NCBI GenBank assembly: GCA_016784125.1
Contig: JADHVI010000003.1
Location: 7,241 to 71,240 of the forward strand
Direction: 5' to 3'
Source of the DNA: Candidatus Woesearchaeota archaeon
GTDB lineage: Archaea; Nanobdellota; Nanobdellia; Woesearchaeales; GCA-2686295
DNA length: 64,000 bases
The notes below the pieces were generated by a model. It saw nothing but the letters and a program-made list of their open reading frames with translations, had not been told where the DNA came from and ran no database searches. How positions within the stretch are numbered: the stretch's first letter is position 1; each line of letters starts with the position of its first letter. Positions 33,714 through 43,262 of this stretch are shown here, piece by piece. The position numbers and the translations under genes are program-made.

Positions 33714-34178
33714 TTAGAGAATTTTTCCTATGTATTCTTCCAGCTTCTCTTCATATAGATCTTTCTTGACTTCTCTCGATCTAACAGCCAATGTTGCAAT
33801 TGGTTTCTTGCTAAGCTTTTCCATGCCTGCAAATGTTTTTTGATCTGACTTTCCAGCCATGGTACAGAAAAAAGCTACTTTACCTAGTTTTTTCTTATTA
33901 TCGCGAATAAATGTTCTAACGGCAGGTGTAACCATGCCGCCCCAAACTGGTGTGCCGATAATAACTAAATCATACTTTGAAGGATCATGTCTTAAGTCCC
34001 ATAACTCTGTGTGGCCCTTTACCAGTGCTTCATGTCCGCCTTTGATATAGCCAAAGATTCCTTTTCTACTTTTCAAATCAATTAATTCTTCAATACTGCA
34101 TTTTAATTTAGAAGCTATTTCTTCAGCTATCTTCTTAGTATTTTGAGTTCTAGAATAATATACTACTAAAGTTTTCAT
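33714..34178 (-). CDS. flavodoxin-like fold protein
   Basis: MKTLVVYYSRTQNTKKIAEEIA is a flavodoxin FMN-binding N-terminus. Confidence 0.55.
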   Translation of the reverse strand: MKTLVVYYSRTQNTKKIAEEIASKLKCSIEELIDLKSRKGIFGYIKGGHEALVKGHTELWDLRHDPSKYDLVIIGTPVWGGMVTPAVRTFIRDNKKKLGKVAFFCTMAGKSDQKTFAGMEKLSKKPIATLAVRSREVKKDLYEEKLEEYIGKIL

Positions 34179-34179
34179 T

Positions 34180-35244
34180 TTAAGCCAAATAAGTTCCTAA
34201 TGCTTTCTTGAATTCTTCTATCATTCGAACTTCTGAAGGATCTATCTTGTATCTTAAAGCTAAGTAGTATGATGTCCAATCCCCCATGCTAATTGCTGAG
34301 AACATTTTTGTTAGAAATGATTCTCCTTTAATACCAATTTCTGTTACGTCTATTCCTGCTCGCTTGTAGACTTCTTTTGTAACTTCCATTCTTTTAGCTA
34401 CGCGATGTGGATCCAAATCAGTTCTAATAATTATGCAATACATTTCTCCAATAGGATTTTCGACGCATTCTATCTCGTTATGGTTCAACTCTGAAAATAC
34501 ATTGCTAAGAGCCATTATCTTGGTGTTCTCATTGAATTGAGTTTTCCATCTATATGCGACTGGCGAAAACAATTCTGACGAATAAATTAATGGTGTTTTA
34601 CCAACTAATTTTTCCGAAAGGTTTATGCCTGTATCTGAGAATATTTTTTTATCCAAACTCTTAACTAAATGTTCGACTTCTCTTTTTTGGCTACCAATGA
34701 TTCTTAATTTTTCCATTAATTTGAGCATTGGAAAGAATGAATATCCAATCGCTGCTCTTGGTTGTATATCACGAGGAATTTTGATTACTGCGGTTCTATT
34801 CAAAACAGACATCTCTGAAAGCTTTCCGCCAGAAGTAATCGTTACTATTTTACAGGATTTTCTAATCGCATCTTTATATGCAGAAACTGTCTCTTCAGTA
34901 TTACCAGAATAACTACTGATAACAACCAATGTGTTCTTATCGCAGTGCTCTGGCAACTTATAGTTTCTATTAACAATAACTGGTATCTTTGCAAATTCAT
35001 GCAAGTATACTTTTAGTAAATCTCCTGCTATTGCGCTTCCACCCATACCGGAAACAACTACTTTTTGAATTTCGCCTTCAATGTTAACATCAACATTTAG
35101 GTTGTATGCTAATTTGATCTGATTTGCAAATCCTTGTAGTAAACTCTTCATATCTGCTTTATCAAAAGAATAATAATCATCTGGGAATTTTAGTTCTTCA
35201 TCCTCAACGTCTATTTGTTCATCTTTGACCATTATAACCACCAT
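34180..35244 (-). CDS. SIS-domain bifunctional phosphoglucose/phosphomannose isomerase-like protein
   Basis: SGMGGSAIAGD and a second SIS-like block VVISSYSGNTEE; ~350 aa is typical of archaeal PGI/PMI. Confidence 0.65.
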   Translation of the reverse strand: MVVIMVKDEQIDVEDEELKFPDDYYSFDKADMKSLLQGFANQIKLAYNLNVDVNIEGEIQKVVVSGMGGSAIAGDLLKVYLHEFAKIPVIVNRNYKLPEHCDKNTLVVISSYSGNTEETVSAYKDAIRKSCKIVTITSGGKLSEMSVLNRTAVIKIPRDIQPRAAIGYSFFPMLKLMEKLRIIGSQKREVEHLVKSLDKKIFSDTGINLSEKLVGKTPLIYSSELFSPVAYRWKTQFNENTKIMALSNVFSELNHNEIECVENPIGEMYCIIIRTDLDPHRVAKRMEVTKEVYKRAGIDVTEIGIKGESFLTKMFSAISMGDWTSYYLALRYKIDPSEVRMIEEFKKALGTYLA

Positions 35245-35286
35245 TATTTTATAATGCTGTGTTATTTATATAATTTATGAATGATG

Positions 35287-35940
35287 CTATTGATAAGAAG
35301 GTTGTTCTGATGTTCTATCTATCATTAATTTTGTTTTTGCATCAGGGGTGACTATCATTGTAAAATCTCGATTCCTAATTTCTTGAGCCAGTTCTTGAAC
35401 ATTGGACACCCTGTTAAAAAATCCTGTGGAATAACCCCCTACAGTTCTTTCATCGCGAGCATCTGATCCTGCAATCAACTTAATGCCTTGTTTCGTAGCC
35501 AGTGTAACTGTATCTAAATTGTTAATAGCGGAAGCTTTTAGATTGACTTCTAAAGCGTGGATGCTTGGAATCCTTTTTTCACTATTTCTCGCATATACTC
35601 CTGGCCGAGTAAATGGGTGTGCTGCTACAATAGCCCAGTTTAATCTTTCAGCTAATGCTCCAATTTCTGCAAATGGTAAGTTCGGTCTTGGTATATATTT
35701 ATCCGATTCTATTCCATATATCAAAATGTGTCCTAGATCGGACGTGTACTCAACACCTCTCATTATTAATAAATCAGAGTTTTTGTACTGTTCCCATCTA
35801 GCACTGGCGTCATAAGAATTATGTTCTACGATTACAATTCCGTCAAGCCCATTTGCCAAAGCAGCTTCAATTATTTTATTTGGATCTGCTTGTCCATGGC
35901 TGTTGTGCAATGAATGCACGTGTGGATCGATATTTTGCAT
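35287..35940 (-). CDS. PHP-domain phosphoesterase
   Basis: N-terminal DPHVHS...VIVEHNS His cluster typical of PHP. Confidence 0.55.
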   Translation of the reverse strand: MQNIDPHVHSLHNSHGQADPNKIIEAALANGLDGIVIVEHNSYDASARWEQYKNSDLLIMRGVEYTSDLGHILIYGIESDKYIPRPNLPFAEIGALAERLNWAIVAAHPFTRPGVYARNSEKRIPSIHALEVNLKASAINNLDTVTLATKQGIKLIAGSDARDERTVGGYSTGFFNRVSNVQELAQEIRNRDFTMIVTPDAKTKLMIDRTSEQPSYQ

Positions 35941-35989
35941 TTTGAACTGGGAGATTAACTTTTTATATAAATCTTATCTCTGTATTTAT

Positions 35990-37246
35990 ATGGAGAAGAT
36001 TTTTATCAAGACTTATGGGTGTACGCATAACCAATCTGATTCAGAGTTTATGGCTGGTTTGCTAGAGCAGGAAGGCTTCAAACTAGTTGATGATGAAGCA
36101 AGCTCAGACCTCATAATTATTAATACTTGTACTGTGAAGGATCCTTCTGAGAAAAAATTTTTCTTTGAATTAGAGAACATTAAAAAACCCGTAGTTGTAG
36201 CAGGTTGTATTCCACAGTCTGACCAGAACAATCCAAAACTCCAAAACTATTCTTTAGTTGGTGTAAAACAGATAGAACGAATTGCTGAAGTTGTAAAACA
36301 AACATTACAAGGCAATAAAGTACGGTTTCTAAATCAATCAAACGATCAAAGTTTAAACTTGCCAAGAATAAGAAAAAATTCTCTCATTGAGATTATCCCA
36401 ATCTCTTCAGGTTGCTTAGGCCAGTGTACATTTTGCAAAACTAAATTTGCTCGTGGTTCATTAGTTTCATTCAAGGAAGAAGCAATCATTAAACAGGCAA
36501 GAGCTGCTTTAAATGAGGGTGTCAAAGAGATATGGTTGACGTCTGAAGACACAGGTGCTTATGGCTTAGATATCAAAACTACTTTGCCCCATCTACTAAA
36601 AGAATTGCTCAAAATAAACAAGGATTACAAAGTGAGACTTGGTATGATAAACCCTGAGTATGTAATAGAATACGTCGATGAACTGGTCGAAATATACCAA
36701 TACAAAAAAATGTTCAAATTTATACACATCCCTGTTCAGTCAGGTAATGACCGCATCCTAAAACTTATGAAGCGTCCTTACACAATCAAAGATTTCAGAA
36801 AAGTAGTACATCATATGACAAAACTCATACCCACTCTTACAATTTCGACAGATATAATTTGTGGTTTTCCAACAGAAACTGAAGAGGAATTTCAAGATAC
36901 TATGAATTTAGTCAAAGAAATGAAATTCCCTGTGTTGAACATATCTAAGTTCTATCCTCGACCTAGAACTCTGGCTGCGAAGATGATTCCTTTGGATACA
37001 ATGATTAAGAAAGCTCGTTCTAAAAAACTAACTAATTTGAACAAAACTCATATCTCGAACGCAGAATGGATTGGTTGGGAGGGAGAAATAATTGTGGATG
37101 ATGTGGGTAATGAAGACTCTTTTTTAGGGAGAACTAATTCTTACCGTCAAATAGTTGTACGAGGGAAAAACCTCTTTGGGAAACATCTTAAAGTTAGAGT
37201 TGTGGATATATGTAGGGATTACTTTGTAGGATCTAAAATTGAATAA
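35990..37246 (+). CDS. MiaB-like radical-SAM methylthiotransferase (archaeal MtaB/CDKAL1-type)
   Basis: UPF0004 N-domain (IKTYGCTHNQSDSE), radical SAM CLGQCTFC, C-terminal TRAM; start at the first ATG (MEKIFIKTYGC). Confidence 0.8.
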   Translation: MEKIFIKTYGCTHNQSDSEFMAGLLEQEGFKLVDDEASSDLIIINTCTVKDPSEKKFFFELENIKKPVVVAGCIPQSDQNNPKLQNYSLVGVKQIERIAEVVKQTLQGNKVRFLNQSNDQSLNLPRIRKNSLIEIIPISSGCLGQCTFCKTKFARGSLVSFKEEAIIKQARAALNEGVKEIWLTSEDTGAYGLDIKTTLPHLLKELLKINKDYKVRLGMINPEYVIEYVDELVEIYQYKKMFKFIHIPVQSGNDRILKLMKRPYTIKDFRKVVHHMTKLIPTLTISTDIICGFPTETEEEFQDTMNLVKEMKFPVLNISKFYPRPRTLAAKMIPLDTMIKKARSKKLTNLNKTHISNAEWIGWEGEIIVDDVGNEDSFLGRTNSYRQIVVRGKNLFGKHLKVRVVDICRDYFVGSKIE

Positions 37247-37327
37247 ATTCACACACCCTCATACTCCTCATACTTCATCATACTAACAACCGTAAAATTT
37301 AAATATGACCAACTATTCTAGACCCTT

Positions 37328-38164
37328 ATGAAAGAAAGAGTTACACTAACTTTAGAGAGAAATGTTCTAGAAAAAATAGATAAAAGTGTGGATGGTGGTA
37401 AAGTGAAAAACAGAAGTCACGCAGTTGAAATGCTACTAAGAAAAGCTATTGGTGTAGACAAGCCAACTAAGGCATTTATATTGGCGGGTGGCAAAGGAAA
37501 AAGACTAAGATTTCTAAGCAAGGACACACCAAAACCTCTGATGAAAATTAAAGGCAAACCAATCATACAGTATAATATAGAGCTCTTCAAGAAGCATGGT
37601 ATCAGAGACATCATAATATCAGTAGGTTACAAAGCAGACCTAATCAAAAAAGAACTCGGAGATGGAAGAAAATTTGGAGTCAACTTAACTTATGTCGAAG
37701 AAAAAAATGCTTTGGGAACAGCAGGTCCACTTAAATTGGCCAGACCATTTCTAAAAGAAACATTCATTATGTGCAATGCAGATGAACTTAAAAATATAGA
37801 CTTAGATGACATGTTCAACTTCCACCAAGCAAACAAAGGATTAGGAACAATCGCATTAACATCTGTACAAGACCCAAGTGCTTACGGAGTAGCATTATTA
37901 AATGGAAATAAGATTATGACTTTTGTCGAGAAACCATCAAAAGAAAATGCTCCATCAAACTTGATAAATGCTGGATTATACATCCTAGAACCAGATGTCA
38001 TTGACTGTATTCCAGATGGATTTGCAATGTTGGAAACGGATGTATTCCCAAAACTAGCATCAGAAGAAAACCTTTATGGTTATCCATTTAGCGGACAATG
38101 GTTCGATACCGGAACACCGGAAAGATTCAAATTCGCAGAAGATAAATGGAGAGGATTTATTTAG
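37328..38164 (+). CDS. ribbon-helix-helix domain fused to a sugar-1-phosphate nucleotidyltransferase
   Basis: N-terminus VTLTLERNVLEKIDKSVDGGKVKNRSHAVEMLLRKAI is RHH-like; followed by ILAGGKGKRLRFLSKDTPKPLMKIKGKPII (NTP_transferase G-loop). Confidence 0.65.
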   Translation: MKERVTLTLERNVLEKIDKSVDGGKVKNRSHAVEMLLRKAIGVDKPTKAFILAGGKGKRLRFLSKDTPKPLMKIKGKPIIQYNIELFKKHGIRDIIISVGYKADLIKKELGDGRKFGVNLTYVEEKNALGTAGPLKLARPFLKETFIMCNADELKNIDLDDMFNFHQANKGLGTIALTSVQDPSAYGVALLNGNKIMTFVEKPSKENAPSNLINAGLYILEPDVIDCIPDGFAMLETDVFPKLASEENLYGYPFSGQWFDTGTPERFKFAEDKWRGFI

Positions 38165-39517
38165 ATGAGTATATTTAAAACCTATGATATAAGGGGTATA
38201 TATCCTGATCAATTGGATGAAGAATTAATATATAAAATAGGAAAATCATTTGTTCAAATTCTAAAAGAAGAAACCTTAAAAGAAAAACTAACAATAGTTA
38301 TAGGAAGAGATATGAGGTTATCTTCACCTTCTTTATCAAAAAAGCTTATAGAAGGAATAATTGATACCGGATCTGATGTAATAGATATAGGATTAGTATC
38401 AACACCAACATTCTATTATTCAATTGGAAAATTCAAAGCTGATGGTGGATTACAAGTTTCAGCTTCACATAATCCTAAAGAATACAATGGTGTCAAAGCA
38501 GTAAGAGCTAACGCTTATCCAATGGGTTTAAGCAATGGTTTAGATAAGGTTAGAGATTTATGTACAAAAAATGAGTTCGAAAAAGTAGAACAGAAGGGAC
38601 AAGTAATTAATAAAGAAAATGTTGTTAATTCTATTGTTGATTATTCTTTAAAATATTATAATTTTAATATTAAACCATTAAAAGTTGTTGCGGATGTTGC
38701 AAATGCAATGAGCTCACCTGATCTAGATAATCTGTTTGAACAACTACCTTGCGAATTAATTAAAATGAATTTTGAATTAGATGGAACTTTTCCAGTTCAC
38801 CAAGCAGACCCTTTTCAAGAAAAAAATATTGTGGATATAAAAAGAAAAGTTATTGAAGAAGGGGCAGATTTAGGTATAGCAACTGATGGAGATGGTGATA
38901 GAATATTCTTTATTGATGACAAAGGAGAACTAGTTGAGCCAGGAATTATTAGAGGAATTATTGCTAAAGTTGTTTTGCAACACAATCCTGGATCAAAAAT
39001 TTGTTATGATATTAGGCCTGGAAGAATTACAAAAGATATGATTATTGAGAATGGTGGTATTCCTATTGTTACAAAAGTTGGTCATTCATTGATTAAAATA
39101 CAAGCAATAAAAGAAAAAGCCCCTTTCTCAGGTGAATCATCAGGGCACTTTTTTATGAAAACAAATAATGGATTTTTTGAATGCCCTTTGATTATTGCTT
39201 TGATAATAATGGACGAAATATCTAAAAATGGTAAACTGTCTGAAATCATAAAACCTTTACAGAGATATTCTCATTCAGGTGAAATTAATTCTATAGTTGA
39301 AGATAAAGAAGAAAAAATGAAAGAGCTTGAAAAAGTGTTTGGAGATGGGTCTAAAGTTTCATGGTTGGATGGAATATCAATAGAACATGATGATTACTGG
39401 TTCAATGTCAGAGCTTCAAATACTGAACCTCTTCTAAGATTAAATTTGGAAGCAACTTCCAAAGAGAAAATGGAAGAGATGACTAAGAAAGTTGTTGAAA
39501 TAATAAGAAAAATCTAA
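38165..39517 (+). CDS. phosphoglucomutase/phosphomannomutase
   Basis: Active-site Ser loop SASHNPKEYNG, metal-binding DGDGDR, sugar-binding GESSGH. Confidence 0.85.
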   Translation: MSIFKTYDIRGIYPDQLDEELIYKIGKSFVQILKEETLKEKLTIVIGRDMRLSSPSLSKKLIEGIIDTGSDVIDIGLVSTPTFYYSIGKFKADGGLQVSASHNPKEYNGVKAVRANAYPMGLSNGLDKVRDLCTKNEFEKVEQKGQVINKENVVNSIVDYSLKYYNFNIKPLKVVADVANAMSSPDLDNLFEQLPCELIKMNFELDGTFPVHQADPFQEKNIVDIKRKVIEEGADLGIATDGDGDRIFFIDDKGELVEPGIIRGIIAKVVLQHNPGSKICYDIRPGRITKDMIIENGGIPIVTKVGHSLIKIQAIKEKAPFSGESSGHFFMKTNNGFFECPLIIALIIMDEISKNGKLSEIIKPLQRYSHSGEINSIVEDKEEKMKELEKVFGDGSKVSWLDGISIEHDDYWFNVRASNTEPLLRLNLEATSKEKMEEMTKKVVEIIRKI

Positions 39518-39520
39518 TAA

Positions 39521-40984
39521 CTAGCTATTCCACTTATGCTTATTTCTAAACAAATGCTTTTTCTTCAAGAATTTTTCAACTTCAGGAATATCTTCAACAG
39601 TGCCCATGTCTAACCAGTAATCTTGAATCTTGCTGATCTTAACCATTTTCTTACCACCAAGCTTTGTAATGGCATCGATTAATTCGTACTCGCCCCGTTC
39701 AGACTTATTGATTACTTTCAAAACCTTAAATATTTCAGGAGTGAATTTATACAACGAAGTATTAACTAAGTTTCCAATTAACTTCTTAGGTTTCTCTTTA
39801 ATTCTGACAAGATAATCCTTGTCTTGGAACATAACTCCATATTTGCCAGGGTGTTTGTCAACTCTTCCAACAACATGGCAATAACCATCATTCTTTCGCA
39901 AAACCTCTAAATCGCCAGGAGAATACAAATTATCACCTGCAACAACAACGAAGTTCTCCCGTTCAATATAGTCATGTAACAAGCTAACAGCATGGCCAGT
40001 GCCCAGTAATCTTTTTTGTTCAATGAGCTTAACATCCTTAAAACCATACTTTTTCAAGAACTCTTTAATCTTGGCCTGCTTATAACCAACAATTAAAAAG
40101 ATTTCTTTGTAACCTGCTTTCTGAATATTGGTTAATAGATACCAAAGAAAAGGTTTATCATTAACCTTAACGAGAACCTTAGGAATATTCTTAGTCAAAG
40201 GCATCATATTAGTTCCTTTACCAGCTGCTAAAACGAAAATCTTGTTAATCTTTCCCTTTTCAGGAACAAGTATTTCACATAACTGAGAAACTCTCTTAAA
40301 TTCAAAATCAGGAGTCTCATCATCATTTATTGGTTGAAGATGAGCATATTCTCCATGTTGAATTAAGGATGTGAAGCAACCAATATTATTGGCTGGAGCG
40401 ATATCACTGTCACGCCTATTGCCAACCATCATAGTCTCATCAGCTTGCAAGTGATGATCCTTCAAAATCTGTTTCAAAAGATTCTTTTTATCAGCACCAT
40501 AATCAACACTCTTATAATAAATCCTGTCAAAATATTTCTCCAAACCTAAAGCTTTGATTTTCATCTCCTGAGATTTTCGAATACCAACAGTTAACATGAA
40601 CAATTTGTAACGCTTCCTAAGTTTATCAAGAGAAAATTCGACATCAGGAAAAGGTGTGATTTCAGGTTTTTTTAGCATAAAATAATTATAGTAAGAATAA
40701 TAGCCTGCGTGGATAATGCTTTTACGCTTTTGCTCATTCTTAATGTCAAAAAAATCAACAATTTTGATGTACAACTCTTTCTCAGTATGCTTCTGTTTAA
40801 ACAATTCATTACTCTTACTCAAAAGCTTATTGAAAGGAACATCTAAACCGGCCTCAATCATCTGCTTCATAGCAAAACGTCTAGCAGGTTTGACAAGTTG
40901 TTCATAACAATCATATAAAGTATCATCTAAATCAAAAATCACTGCTTTCAAATCAGACAATAACAAGATCTTCTTACGCTTCAT
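39521..40984 (-). CDS. bifunctional HAD-phosphatase / sugar-1-phosphate nucleotidyltransferase fusion
   Basis: N-terminal HAD motif I VIFDLDDTLYD; C-terminal NTase G-loop VLAAGKGTNMMPLTKNIPKVLVKV; 11-nt overlap with the GHMP kinase gene. Confidence 0.6.
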   Translation of the reverse strand: MKRKKILLLSDLKAVIFDLDDTLYDCYEQLVKPARRFAMKQMIEAGLDVPFNKLLSKSNELFKQKHTEKELYIKIVDFFDIKNEQKRKSIIHAGYYSYYNYFMLKKPEITPFPDVEFSLDKLRKRYKLFMLTVGIRKSQEMKIKALGLEKYFDRIYYKSVDYGADKKNLLKQILKDHHLQADETMMVGNRRDSDIAPANNIGCFTSLIQHGEYAHLQPINDDETPDFEFKRVSQLCEILVPEKGKINKIFVLAAGKGTNMMPLTKNIPKVLVKVNDKPFLWYLLTNIQKAGYKEIFLIVGYKQAKIKEFLKKYGFKDVKLIEQKRLLGTGHAVSLLHDYIERENFVVVAGDNLYSPGDLEVLRKNDGYCHVVGRVDKHPGKYGVMFQDKDYLVRIKEKPKKLIGNLVNTSLYKFTPEIFKVLKVINKSERGEYELIDAITKLGGKKMVKISKIQDYWLDMGTVEDIPEVEKFLKKKHLFRNKHKWNS

Positions 40985-41969
40985 TAATAACTAACCCCTT
41001 TTTCACTATCTGAAAATCAATCACATCTGATTCTTTAGATAAAGCATTACTAACATCTTCCTTCTTATTTTTTTCAACAAAGAAAACAACGCAGCCACCG
41101 CCACCTGCACCACAAACTTTAGCAGAAATAGCACCATTCTTCTTAGCTAACGCAATTAAAGATTCAATCTTATCAGTGGAAACAGAGTCAGCCAACAGCT
41201 TTCGATTTTCCCACTCCTCACCCAATATTAAACCAATATCATCAAACCGTTTATCAAACAAAACGTCTTTCATTTTATGAGCAGTAGCAACAATACGTGC
41301 GAATTTTTCATGAACTCCATCTTTGCCTTCAATTTCGTTTTTAATCATTTCCCAATTGCTCATGCCAGAGTTTCTAGGCTTGCCAGTATAACAAAGAACT
41401 AACCTATCTTCAAGCTCCTTAATATCAACATCAATTGTCTCATGAGAAATCTTATTCATTCCAAGATAAACAATGTTTACACCGCCATATAATGCGGGTA
41501 CATAATCTTGGTAACCAGTCAACATTTTCAAAAACTTTCCTTCAATGTTCTTAGCAATCTCGTGCAACTCATCCATGGAAAAACCTTTTTTTGTAAGTCT
41601 ATTCAAAGCACCACAAACAGCTATATTCAAAGCAGACGAACTAGACAAACCCGCACCCGGAGGAGCACTTCCTTTGACCTCTAATCTGAAACCCTGTTTA
41701 GGCTGGAAGAACTCAATAATCATCGAGAACAAAGATAAATAATGATTATGATGTAAATTATTGAATGAATCAAAAGAAACCTCTTCATCACTAATGTTGG
41801 ACGCGAGAATAATTTTGTTATCCTCTCTTGTAGAAAGCTTAGCCTTAGCCAAAAGATTAATTGCAAAGTTAACTGTGAGTGCATCTTTATGAAATAGATA
41901 CAAAGGCCAAATATCAACCGTTCCGCCAGCTAAATCAACTCTGGTAGGTGCTGAGCTTTCAATAATCAT
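40974..41969 (-). CDS. GHMP-family sugar kinase (HddA/fucokinase-like)
   Basis: N-terminus SAPTRVDLAGGTVDIWP and ATP-binding PPGAGLSSSSA. Confidence 0.7.
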   Translation of the reverse strand: MIIESSAPTRVDLAGGTVDIWPLYLFHKDALTVNFAINLLAKAKLSTREDNKIILASNISDEEVSFDSFNNLHHNHYLSLFSMIIEFFQPKQGFRLEVKGSAPPGAGLSSSSALNIAVCGALNRLTKKGFSMDELHEIAKNIEGKFLKMLTGYQDYVPALYGGVNIVYLGMNKISHETIDVDIKELEDRLVLCYTGKPRNSGMSNWEMIKNEIEGKDGVHEKFARIVATAHKMKDVLFDKRFDDIGLILGEEWENRKLLADSVSTDKIESLIALAKKNGAISAKVCGAGGGGCVVFFVEKNKKEDVSNALSKESDVIDFQIVKKGLVINEA

Positions 41970-42134
41970 TTTACCAAAGTTTATAGTTTATTCTTTATAA
42001 ATTTTTATCCTCTATAGAAAAATGAGTTTTCCAAAACATTTATAAATTTACGAGCAATTCTTGAAGATGAAAGAGAAAGAAAAGGAGCTAGACTCATATC
42101 GAAGATCGAGTTCGATGTTCTCTAAAAACAAAAA

Positions 42135-42479
42135 ATGGTTAAGTTAAAACCTATACTACCAACACTAAAAGAAAAAAAACGATATCTCGTATATGAAGTG
42201 TTGAGCGAAAGGAAGATAGAACTAGACTTATCAAGGGAAATAGTTAAAAAGACAACTACACTCTTAGGAATATTTGATTCTGCAAAAGCAGGAATCCAGA
42301 GTGTGGAGTACGATAAAAAACATCAGAGGGGTGTATTAAGAGTGACTGTAAAAGAAGTGGATAAGTTGAAAACGACTCTGGCATTGATAAACCAGTTAAA
42401 CGACGAAGAAATAACCATTCGCACACTAGGTGTGAGTGGGATATTGAAGAAAGCAAAGAATAAATACATCGCAGGATGA
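42135..42479 (+). CDS. rnp2: RNase P protein component 2 (Pop5)
   Basis: LKPILPTLKEKKRYLVYEVLSE matches the Pop5 N-terminus; ~114 aa; position immediately upstream of psmA as in the archaeal exosome superoperon. Confidence 0.65.
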   Translation: MVKLKPILPTLKEKKRYLVYEVLSERKIELDLSREIVKKTTTLLGIFDSAKAGIQSVEYDKKHQRGVLRVTVKEVDKLKTTLALINQLNDEEITIRTLGVSGILKKAKNKYIAG

Positions 42480-42480
42480 G

Positions 42481-43206
42481 GTGAAAAACATGGAACCAAT
42501 GCAACATCAAATGATGGGATATGACCGAGCAATAACAATGTTCAGTCCAGACGGAAGACTATTACAAGTAGAATACGCAAAGAAAACAGTTAAACTAGGA
42601 AACACAGCAATCGGAATGGTTTGCTCAGATGGAGTTCTACTAGTGGCTGACAAAAGAATTGTTGACAAACTAGTAGTACTAGATGCAATTGAAAAAATAT
42701 TTCAGATTGATGATCACATAATTGCAACTGCATCAGGAATCATATCAGATGCAAGAGTACTAGTAGAAAGATCACAATTAAAAGCACAACAACACAATGT
42801 GACATACGACTCGCCAATAGATGTACTATCAATTGTGAAAGACATCTGTAATCTAAAACAGATTTGTACACAATCAGGCGGATTAAGACCATTCGGAGTA
42901 TCATTATTAGTAGCAGGAATGGAAGATGACACACCAGTGTTGTTTGAAACAGATCCAACAGGCATATTCAACCAATACATGGCAACAGCCATTGGAGAGG
43001 GAGAAACAGAAGTAAAAGATATACTCTACAAGGAGTACAAGGAAAAAATAACAGTCGATGAAGGACTGAAGATATGTATAAAAGCACTAAAGAAAGTGCT
43101 AAACGATGATTTCAGCGAAAAAAGAATAGACGCATCAGTCGTCAGAAAAGGAAAAAATGTAATGGAGAAAATACCAGCTGAAAACATTAGAAAGTATTTG
43201 AAATAA
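42481..43206 (+). CDS. psmA: proteasome subunit alpha
   Basis: YDRAITMFSPDGRLLQVEYA alpha-subunit signature; 241 aa. Confidence 0.95.
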   Translation: MKNMEPMQHQMMGYDRAITMFSPDGRLLQVEYAKKTVKLGNTAIGMVCSDGVLLVADKRIVDKLVVLDAIEKIFQIDDHIIATASGIISDARVLVERSQLKAQQHNVTYDSPIDVLSIVKDICNLKQICTQSGGLRPFGVSLLVAGMEDDTPVLFETDPTGIFNQYMATAIGEGETEVKDILYKEYKEKITVDEGLKICIKALKKVLNDDFSEKRIDASVVRKGKNVMEKIPAENIRKYLK

Positions 43207-43207
43207 A

Positions 43208-43261
43208 ATGAGTAAACAACAAAAATCAAAGATTTTTGGGCTTACTAATTTGGAGAAATAA
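43208..43261 (+). CDS. 17-codon spacer ORF (MSKQQKSKIFGLTNLEK) that duplicates the SBDS start context
   Basis: GAAATAAAATGAGTAA occurs twice (43198-43213 and 43255-43270); the ORF starts 1 nt after the psmA stop and ends 1 nt before the SBDS ATG. Confidence 0.25.
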   Translation: MSKQQKSKIFGLTNLEK

Positions 43262-43262
43262 A

